Origin: a virus
DNA: 38,329 bases
UHGV virus genome: UHGV-1488451
Strand: one strand, 5' to 3'
The notes beneath the pieces are model-generated. The model was given only the letters and a program-made list of their open reading frames with translations. It made no database searches and had not been told where the DNA came from. The position numbers were made by a program, and so were the translations under genes. This document shows, one piece after another, positions 1-5,264 of this stretch (positions are counted from its first letter, which is position 1; every line of letters begins with the position of its first letter).

Positions 1-72
1 GGACACCCACGCGTCGCCGGACACCCACGCGTCGCCGAACACCCACGCGTCGCCGGACACCCACGCGTCGCC
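1..72 (-). repeat. Four more 18-bp units of the same array at the left window edge
   Basis: Units at 1-18, 19-36, 37-54 and 55-72 encode GDAWVS/GDAWVS/GDAWVF/GDAWVS on the minus strand. Confidence 0.9.
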
Positions 73-124
73 GGACAAGTTCGATTCCTTTTCAATGAAA
101 CCGCCGAGTTCGCCTTTATCCACA
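1..124. repeat. Left copy of imperfect terminal direct repeat (wrap-around of the circular map)
   Basis: nt 1-124 align base-for-base with 38206-38329. By eye there are 3 mismatches (window nt 15, 45, 69) and an exact match over 70-124. Confidence 0.9.
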
Positions 125-222
125 TATCGGCTTGGGATGTTCTCGGTGGCTTGAATACGGTACAGCGTGCGGCCAAAGACCGTGATTGTTTCGTCAGTGA
201 GGCGGTACTTTCTTTCGCTCAT
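1..222 (-). CDS. 5' portion of the same hexapeptide-repeat protein (internal-start version), truncated by the window edge
   Basis: ATG at 222 is preceded by aaaaaggaaagaata (SD-like AAGGAAAG). It encodes MSERKYRLTDETITVFGRTLYRIQATENIPSRYVDKGELGGFIEKESNLS followed by repeats. Confidence 0.75.
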   Translation of the reverse strand, partial: MSERKYRLTDETITVFGRTLYRIQATENIPSRYVDKGELGGFIEKESNLSGDAWVSGDAWVFGDAWVSGDAWVS

Positions 223-645
223 TATTCTTTCCTTTTTGGTGAATCTTTCGATGCATCGGTTGATGTCGTCGATGGTGATGTTTCCCCAGGGTTCGTTGAT
301 GTCCCTGTCAAGTTGCGGGGTTCGTGCGGGGAGTGTTCCTCCTAATGCGTATGGACGTTGGTTGTTTTTTGGGGTGAATTTCATCGGGTGCGGCATGTTG
401 GATGCGCTGGCATGGTTGCTGAAAGTTCCTGGGATGATTTGCAGCAGCCCGACCCCGTGTTCTACTGGGGCGTTTTGGTCTCGAATAGGCGCTATTGCGG
501 GGCCTGATTCGGCTTGGATTTCCTCGAGCACCCGTTTTATGTGGATTGCGTTTAGGATTCTTTGGCAAATGAGAGCTGTTGCTTTGATTTTGAGAAGTTG
601 TTGCATTGCTGTTAGCGGCTCAAAACTGCGGATGGTGTTAGGCAT
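1..645 (-). CDS. Longest version of the same ORF: an SLT-like lytic transglycosylase module (223-645) reads in frame, with no stop, into the repeat protein
   Basis: I translated the frame codon by codon and found no stop from 819 down to nt 1. ATG candidates are at 765, 645 and 606. The 645-223 segment encodes ...EEIQAESGPAIAPIRDQNAPVEHGVGLLQIIPGTFSNH...DRDINEPWGN. It shares E-S-G and the exact 12-aa string GVGLLQIIPGTF with the SLT domain of the tape measure. The true start is uncertain and the SD before 645 is poorly spaced. Confidence 0.45.
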   Translation of the reverse strand, partial: MPNTIRSFEPLTAMQQLLKIKATALICQRILNAIHIKRVLEEIQAESGPAIAPIRDQNAPVEHGVGLLQIIPGTFSNHASASNMPHPMKFTPKNNQRPYALGGTLPARTPQLDRDINEPWGNITIDDINRCIERFTKKERIMSERKYRLTDETITVFGRTLYRIQATENIPSRYVDKGELGGFIEKESNLSGDAWVSGDAWVFGDAWVSGDAWVS

Positions 646-1025
646 GCTCCGTGGATGGTGCCGATGTTGGGGTTGGGGGTGAGGGCGTTTCGAATGGGGC
701 GGGCATTTTCTTTGGTCTTTCTTTGGTAGTGGTTTTGATGGTTTGAGGCCCCCTGTGTTGTTCATCCACTGTGGGGGCTTTGTGGCGTGGCGCGGGGTTG
801 CACCGCGCTTTTGTGCTGCTCACGCCTTTGCTGTGTTCTTTCTCGTGTTCGTTCCCTCCGGTTTTTGTCCGGGTTCCTGGTGTCCTTGCCGATGCTTTGC
901 GAGAGCTTCGTCACGTTATCCCAACGTGAGGTAAGTATCTTTCACGAGGCAGCTAATTAAATTTTCACACATCATAAGGTTCTTTTTATCTTCCGCTTGT
1001 GTTGCTCTTAGCGGGCGATGACTTC

Positions 1026-1054
1026 ATTTAAGACCAGCTGATCGAATCTTGCAA
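1026..1054 (-). promoter_or_regulatory. Candidate leftward early promoter (TTGCAA-17 nt-TTAAAT on the minus strand)
   Basis: The minus strand reads ttgcaa gattcgatcagctggtc ttaaat. The call rests on a sigma-70-like pattern only. Confidence 0.35.
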
Positions 1055-1131
1055 CAGCCACCATCAAATGCCACCCCCGACCGCTACCCCCATTTGATTA
1101 AAAAACATTAATCTACCTGCCTCATTGCATA

Positions 1132-1151
1132 GTGACCTCAAATGAGGTTAC
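1132..1151. promoter_or_regulatory. Operator-like 20-bp near-palindrome gtgacctcaaatgaggttac
   Basis: It shows dyad symmetry, mismatched at 4 of 20 positions against its own reverse complement, i.e. 2 of the 10 symmetric base pairs (8 of 10 pair). It lies 10 nt upstream of the repressor ATG, with an extra half-site cctcatt at 1120-1126. Confidence 0.45.
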
Positions 1152-1160
1152 GCTGTAGGC

Positions 1161-1535
1161 ATGAGACACAAAGACTGGGTAGAAAACCTTATTGGCCCCG
1201 ACTCCATGCGCACAGCAGCAGCCAAACTTGGCCTATCCCCCGGCGCAGTGTCCCAGCAGATTAGCCGTGGAAGTTTGAAGCCAGACATGGTGATCGCGCT
1301 TTGCCGCGCTTATGGGCGGTCACCGATTGATGGGCTTGTAGAGACCGGGTTTCTTGAGCGGTTCGAGGCGGGCGCAGCTAGCCCTGCTTCGGCGCTTAGG
1401 GAGGCGACGAATCAGCAGATTCTTGGTGAGATTATGCGGCGTTCCGATGCTGATGCGGTGCGGCTATTTAGGGCTGAGGATGAGGATGTGGCGGTGTCGT
1501 CGCAGGTGAGGGCGGATGGTCCTTACAGTGATTGA
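1161..1535 (+). CDS. Immunity repressor-like HTH DNA-binding protein
   Basis: 124 aa with the HTH-like segment MRTAAAKLGLSPGAVSQQISRGSLKPDMVIALCRAYG. It is divergent from the early array and upstream of the xis/int module. A possible TTGCAT-18-TACGCT promoter would make the mRNA leaderless, which is speculative. Confidence 0.65.
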   Translation: MRHKDWVENLIGPDSMRTAAAKLGLSPGAVSQQISRGSLKPDMVIALCRAYGRSPIDGLVETGFLERFEAGAASPASALREATNQQILGEIMRRSDADAVRLFRAEDEDVAVSSQVRADGPYSD

Positions 1536-1577
1536 CTGTAGTTACCCCTTTATTGGTGGGGTTGCTGAACTGCCATC

Positions 1578-1606
1578 TTGTTAATTGCAGAGTGGCGCTG
1601 TAATAT
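1578..1606 (+). promoter_or_regulatory. Near-consensus promoter TTGTTA-17 nt-TAATAT upstream of the moron-like cassette
   Basis: ttgtta lies at 1578-1583, a 17-nt spacer follows, and taatat lies at 1601-1606. The element sits in a locally AT-rich patch after the repressor stop. Confidence 0.5.
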
Positions 1607-1664
1607 AAATCTTGTAAGGCAAACAAGCCTCACGCCCACCTCAAACCCGAAAGGACCAAGACCA

Positions 1665-2000
1665 ATGACCACCATCACCCTCAACAACCTCGACTGGAAC
1701 ATCGCCCCCGCTGAATGGGGCATCGCATACGGCGAAATGGCAAGCCTCCCCACAGAAGAATCCACCCACAACGGCCCACAGTTCATTGTCGATTTCGATC
1801 TTGACGGCACCCGCAAAGCACGCCTCGCAGTAGACCCAACCATTGCTGGAATGAGCCGCGAAAAGGGCATGGCATTCAGCGACGACACCAACGATTGGCC
1901 AGTACTCGATGCACTGTTTGGGCGCGAACAATGGCAGCAATGGCTTGCTGACAAGACCGAGGAAATGCGCGCCCTAGACTCCGAAGACCTCGACGACTAA
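1665..2000 (+). CDS. Hypothetical acidic protein (111 aa), lysogeny-region cargo
   Basis: ATG at 1665 is preceded by aaaggaccaagacca (SD AAAGGA). The track ORF at 1578 extends upstream over the promoter. I recognise no family. Confidence 0.65.
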   Translation: MTTITLNNLDWNIAPAEWGIAYGEMASLPTEESTHNGPQFIVDFDLDGTRKARLAVDPTIAGMSREKGMAFSDDTNDWPVLDALFGREQWQQWLADKTEEMRALDSEDLDD

Positions 2001-2014
2001 CCACCATGCAAACC

Positions 2015-2034
2015 CCGGGGGCTTCGGCCCCTGG
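2015..2034 (+). terminator. Stable hairpin with UUCG tetraloop after the 111-aa ORF (no clear U-tract)
   Basis: ccgggggc-ttcg-gcccctgg forms an 8-bp stem including one G-U pair. It is followed by attaagg, so terminator function is doubtful. Confidence 0.35.
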
Positions 2035-2049
2035 ATTAAGGAACCAACA

Positions 2050-2346
2050 ATGAACACCCCCTACACCTTCAAGCACGTCATGTCAGGACGCTGGGAAGTC
2101 ATCCACAAAGGCAAAGCATTCGCAGTCATCGAGAGAAGCACCTGCTATTCCTCAAAAGACGGCATCATGGAATCAGCTGAATTGTGGGTAATCATTGACC
2201 CCGTAACTGAAATTCACCAGCAAGGGAAACTCCTGAACACCCTCTACCCGACTGAGTGGGGGCACCGCACCTACCGCGAGGCAGCAGCCACTGCCTGGGA
2301 AAACTACCAGAAATACGGCGCACCTGTTCCCATCGGACGAAACTAA
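2050..2346 (+). CDS. Hypothetical protein (98 aa), lysogeny-region cargo
   Basis: ORF with SD aaggaa 6 nt upstream of the ATG. I recognise no family. Confidence 0.65.
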   Translation: MNTPYTFKHVMSGRWEVIHKGKAFAVIERSTCYSSKDGIMESAELWVIIDPVTEIHQQGKLLNTLYPTEWGHRTYREAAATAWENYQKYGAPVPIGRN

Positions 2347-2353
2347 ACCAGAC

Positions 2354-2377
2354 CCCCGCCACCATGCGGGGTTTCAT
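2354..2377 (+). terminator. Hairpin plus T-run after the 98-aa ORF
   Basis: ccccgc (2354-2359) pairs with gcgggg (2366-2371) across the loop caccat, followed by tttcat. Confidence 0.5.
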
Positions 2378-2392
2378 GAAAAGGAAGCAATA

Positions 2393-2557
2393 ATGAACTG
2401 CGATATTCTTATCCTCGTTGTTATTATATCGAACTTAGCCATGCTGGCGGTATTATATCCGCGCGAAATGGATAGGGTACTCGATTCGTATATAGAAACT
2501 ATCCGCAATTGGATTCAGGCTATCTGCAAAATTTACAGGAAGGTGCACCGTGGATAA
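2393..2557 (+). CDS. Small AT-rich ORF encoding a 54-aa predicted single-pass membrane peptide
   Basis: It is not in the ORF track because it is under 60 aa. ATG 2393 follows aaaaggaagcaata (SD AAGGAAG). The product is MNCDILILVVIISNLAMLAVLYPREMDRVLDSYIETIRNWIQAICKIYRKVHRG, with a hydrophobic N-terminus and basic C-terminus. My hand count gives about 41 percent G+C (68/165), far below the flanks. Confidence 0.55.
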   Translation: MNCDILILVVIISNLAMLAVLYPREMDRVLDSYIETIRNWIQAICKIYRKVHRG

Positions 2558-2659
2558 TCAAACCCGAAACTCTGATGGTGTTTCTCGCCACAATCCCGCT
2601 TTGCCCACCAGTTCCCCGGCGGAGCGCGGGCGCATGGTTTATGATCAGGGGTGCCGCGT

Positions 2660-2893
2660 ATGACCACCCCGCTCGTCGAAATCACGCTACCCGGCGGCGG
2701 GGTGGCCTGGTCCATCACCGCAGTGCTTGACCACACCGGCCTATCACAATCATCATTCACCGCATACGTTGCACGCGGACAAGCCCCCGCCCCCACCCAT
2801 CATGTTGAGCGCACTAGGCTATGGGACGCTAAGGAAATCAAAGCCTGGTGGGCAACCCGCCCCGGAAAACCCGGCCGCCCCGCACGAACCTAA
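2660..2893 (+). CDS. xis: AlpA/excisionase-family HTH protein, likely Xis
   Basis: TGLSQSSFTAYVARGQAPAPTHHVERTRLWDAKEIKAWW matches the AlpA/Xis pattern. It lies immediately upstream of int on the same strand. ATG 2660 is preferred over the track GTG at 2651. Confidence 0.65.
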   Translation: MTTPLVEITLPGGGVAWSITAVLDHTGLSQSSFTAYVARGQAPAPTHHVERTRLWDAKEIKAWWATRPGKPGRPART

Positions 2894-2896
2894 CCC

Positions 2897-2926
2897 AGCC
2901 CCCACCCCGCACGGTGGGGGCTTTCC
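2897..2926 (+). terminator. Hairpin (10-bp stem) plus TTTCC after xis-like gene
   Basis: agcccccacc (2897-2906) pairs with ggtgggggct (2913-2922). A second hairpin, tccgcat/atgcgga, lies at 2924-2946. Confidence 0.5.
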
Positions 2927-3010
2927 GCATGACAAAACAATGCGGACACAAAACCCCCAATAATTAAATAAAAACCACATCTGACCTGCAACAATGCAAG
3001 GACAAAAACA

Positions 3011-4135
3011 ATGGCATCAATCAAACGATATGACACCGCCAAAGGAACAAAATGGCGCGTCCAATACCGCACCCCAGACGGCAAAAGCCGCACCAAAACC
3101 GGATTCCGCACCAAAAGCGAAGCCGAAAGATGGGTGGCCACACACACCACCTCCATCATCAATGGCACCTGGGTTGACCCCAACGCAGGCAACATAACCA
3201 TCCAGGCCCTCGGCACACGATGGATGGAAACCCGCACCCACCTGAAACCCTCAACAGCACGCGTCGAAGCCCTCGACTACAAAAACCACGTCCTCCCACA
3301 CTGGGGGCACCGGCGCATCAAAACTATCAAACCGTCGGAAGTGCAAGCCTGGGTGTCAGCCAGCGCCCAATCACCCTCAACCACCAGGCACCACCATGCG
3401 ATCTTGTCGAAGATTCTAGACATGGCCGTCCTCGACAACCTCATACCCGCGAACCCGGCTAAAAGCGTCACCCTGCCCCGCAAGAACAACCCAACAAAGG
3501 TGTACCTCACCATCAGCCAATTGAAGCGCCTAGCGGACGAGGCAACGGTTCGGGGTGAGCTGATCTGGCTGTTGGGAACCACTGGCCTTAGGTGGGGTGA
3601 GGCCGCTGGCTTGCAGGCGCAAGACTTGGACCCGCTGAACGGGCGCATCAGGGTGGCGAGGAACGCAGTAACGGTAGGGGGCGAGGTGGTTGTCGGAACC
3701 CCGAAAACTCATGAGCGGCGCACAGTGGCTTGCCCTGGGCATGTGATGGGGATGCTTGAAGATGCGGCACGTGGTAAGCCGCGCACCGGGTGGTTGTGGG
3801 AGTCGCCTGCGGGCGGGCCTATGCGGCTTCCGGGGAAGGGTTCTTTTTTTCATTCGGCGTTGGGGCGCGTGCGCGCCGAAGACCCGTCGTTTCCTTCGTT
3901 GACTATTCATGGTCTTAGGCATGTGGCAGCCGGACTTTTAGTTTCGGCGGGGGCGAATGTGAAGGTGGTGCAAAAGCAGCTTGGACACAAGTCTGCGGCT
4001 ATGACGTTGGATGTGTATGCGGAGTTGTTTGACGATGACTTGGATGCGGTGCGTGGGGCGTTGGATGCTTTGGTGGGTTCTTTGGGGAATGTCGTCAAAT
4101 TGTCGTCAAATCGGGGTTTTGGTGACGCGGTTTAG
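3011..4135 (+). CDS. int: Tyrosine integrase (phage integrase family)
   Basis: 374 aa with an N-terminal SAM-like/arm-binding region (KWRVQYRTPDGKSRTKTGFRTKSEAERW). The C-terminal catalytic motifs are LRWGEA...HGLRHVAAGLL...LGHKSAAMTLDVYAELF. Confidence 0.95.
   Translation: MASIKRYDTAKGTKWRVQYRTPDGKSRTKTGFRTKSEAERWVATHTTSIINGTWVDPNAGNITIQALGTRWMETRTHLKPSTARVEALDYKNHVLPHWGHRRIKTIKPSEVQAWVSASAQSPSTTRHHHAILSKILDMAVLDNLIPANPAKSVTLPRKNNPTKVYLTISQLKRLADEATVRGELIWLLGTTGLRWGEAAGLQAQDLDPLNGRIRVARNAVTVGGEVVVGTPKTHERRTVACPGHVMGMLEDAARGKPRTGWLWESPAGGPMRLPGKGSFFHSALGRVRAEDPSFPSLTIHGLRHVAAGLLVSAGANVKVVQKQLGHKSAAMTLDVYAELFDDDLDAVRGALDALVGSLGNVVKLSSNRGFGDAV
4088..4110 (+). repeat. Arm-type repeat copy 1: aatgtcgtcaaattgtcgtcaaa (two tandem TGTCGTCAAA motifs), inside the int 3' end
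   Basis: Exact 23-bp match to 4298-4320. Confidence 0.85.
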
Positions 4136-4156
4136 GGGTTTGACCTTGGGTTTTTT

Positions 4157-4184
4157 TGGTGCCCCCAGTCGGACTCGAACCGAC
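4157..4184 (-). other. tRNA 3'-end fragment (T-arm + acceptor 3' strand + ACCA), presumed attP core; not a functional tRNA gene
   Basis: The minus strand reads gtcgg-ttcgagt-ccgac tgggggc acca. No matching 5' acceptor strand (gccccca) occurs about 70 nt upstream. Confidence 0.75.
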
Positions 4185-4297
4185 TTTCTGGGTTTTGTCC
4201 ATACCGTTGTTTACCTGCATGTTTGCTGGTCAAGTGCGGTTTTTGCCGTGTAGCAACCCTGTTGAATTTGCGTGTATTTACGTGTGTTTTAGTGTGA

Positions 4298-4320
4298 AAT
4301 GTCGTCAAATTGTCGTCAAA
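4298..4320 (+). repeat. Arm-type repeat copy 2: aatgtcgtcaaattgtcgtcaaa
   Basis: Exact 23-bp match to 4088-4110, on the other side of the tRNA-like core. Confidence 0.85.
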
Positions 4321-4340
4321 AATGACCCCACCCCGAAACG

Positions 4341-4383
4341 CAAAAAACGCCCCCGCAACCACCAACAACGGTGGCGCGGGGGC
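4341..4383 (-). terminator. Strong rho-independent terminator ending the late/lysis operon
   Basis: The minus strand reads gcccccgc..ccacc..ggtgg..gcgggggc followed by gttttttgcg. The stems are at 4349-4356 and 4376-4383. Confidence 0.8.
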
Positions 4384-4399
4384 GCATCTTCACAAGGGG

Positions 4400-4912
4400 C
4401 TAAACCTCATCACGAGCCTGCTTAGCAAGCTCCCGAATGTCCGCCTGAATTATCTGCGGAATCACCGGCAAATCATCCGGACGCTTACCCGGCCACTTCC
4501 TCGACGCCCATTCCTCACGAGCCGCGATATGCTTCACAGCCGTGCGGTGACGTTGGTTGATGTCCGTCATGCGGGTGGTCAGGTCGGTGATCTGGGTGTC
4601 TTGATTGGTTAGCTTGGTGTGCATGTCTGTGACTTGCTGTGCGAGCCGGTCATGTTGCGCGGTCACGGTGTTCAGGGTGGTTTCCATCACCCCGACGGTG
4701 GCGGTTAGGTTGTTCACAATTTGTTGTGACTCGTCCAAGACTAGGCGTCTTTCCTCCACCTTCCCGTCAGCGTGCCCTTTGCGGTGCGCTGTCCACGCGG
4801 CAAGAATCACACTCACAGCGGTGGCGATGCCACCCACCCAGCCAACGATCTCACTGATGCTCACGGCCTCAGCCACCTGCGGTGGCGGCATTTGTGCCGC
4901 CAACCACCACAT
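4400..4912 (-). CDS. Membrane-anchored coiled-coil protein, last gene of the lysis cassette (function unknown)
   Basis: 170 aa with an N-terminal TM segment (IVGWVGGIATAVSVILAAW) and a long heptad-like T/Q-rich helix. It follows the holin. Confidence 0.7.
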   Translation of the reverse strand: MWWLAAQMPPPQVAEAVSISEIVGWVGGIATAVSVILAAWTAHRKGHADGKVEERRLVLDESQQIVNNLTATVGVMETTLNTVTAQHDRLAQQVTDMHTKLTNQDTQITDLTTRMTDINQRHRTAVKHIAAREEWASRKWPGKRPDDLPVIPQIIQADIRELAKQARDEV

Positions 4913-4915
4913 GGC

Positions 4916-5263
4916 TTACCCCTGGTGAGAGTCAAACGTTGGAAGCGGTGCCTCCTGAGAAGCCGCATCAACTGCGGCTGCCTCATCAGACACACGCTCC
5001 ACAACCGACGGAGTGATGCTGCCCTTCATGGAAGCCTGAATGACAACACCTGCGGCACCTGCGATGACAGCCACGACAGCGGCAACATCAGCGGGCAGCT
5101 GGCCAGCCATGAGGCCAACAACACTCAGCACCTGCAGCACCGCCTGGGCAGCTGCGACCAGGGTGTTCTTGCGGCGCGCGAACCACGGCTGCTCAGCAAG
5201 CAGGTTCGTTGCGGCCTCTTCGATGATCTGCACGGACTTGGAATTCAGGTTATGGCGTGCCAT
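4916..5263 (-). CDS. Putative holin
   Basis: 115 aa with two hydrophobic segments (LVAAAQAVLQVLSVVGLMAG, VAAVVAVIAGAAGVVI). It lies immediately downstream of the endolysin with overlapping stop/start context. Confidence 0.65.
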   Translation of the reverse strand: MARHNLNSKSVQIIEEAATNLLAEQPWFARRKNTLVAAAQAVLQVLSVVGLMAGQLPADVAAVVAVIAGAAGVVIQASMKGSITPSVVERVSDEAAAVDAASQEAPLPTFDSHQG

Positions 5264-5264
5264 T

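Larger units (their letters stand above)
935..1160. promoter_or_regulatory. Divergent immunity/early control region (AT-rich intergenic, inverted repeats)
   Basis: This is the largest non-coding AT-rich gap, lying between the leftward early array and the rightward repressor-like gene. The TCAAATG motif occurs 3 times (1064-1070, inverted at 1091-1097, 1138-1144), and there is a near-palindrome at 1132-1151. Confidence 0.6.
4088..4320. other. attP region: tRNA 3'-end core flanked by duplicated arm-type repeats
   Basis: The region lies between the int stop and the late-operon terminator. It contains the 28-nt tRNA-like core (4157-4184) and two identical 23-bp repeats (4088-4110, 4298-4320). 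Confidence 0.75.

Noticed and set aside
1-124. Terminal repeats as prophage att sites, LTRs or transposon ends
   Set aside because: They lie inside a coding tandem-repeat array. An intact attP with a tRNA core exists elsewhere (4088-4320), and gene order is continuous across the wrap. They are better explained as circular permutation or assembly overlap.
167-682. 171-aa plus-strand ORF at the left end
   Set aside because: It is the antisense shadow of the minus-strand SLT-like/repeat ORF. The sequence is hydrophobic, Cys/Trp-rich and nonsense-like, and there is no SD.
762-914. Small basic minus-strand ORF (GTG start, ~50 aa, ...RNPDKNRRERTRERTQQRREQHK...) as a possible Cro
   Set aside because: It has no HTH-like segment and no convincing SD, and its composition is explained by the local A+C-rich coding bias. 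It is kept only as an unresolved possibility.
4157-4184. tRNA gene
   Set aside because: Only the 3' 28 nt (T-arm, acceptor 3' strand, ACCA) are present. The upstream ~50 nt cannot form a D-arm, anticodon arm or the complementary 5' acceptor strand. It is interpreted as the attP core.
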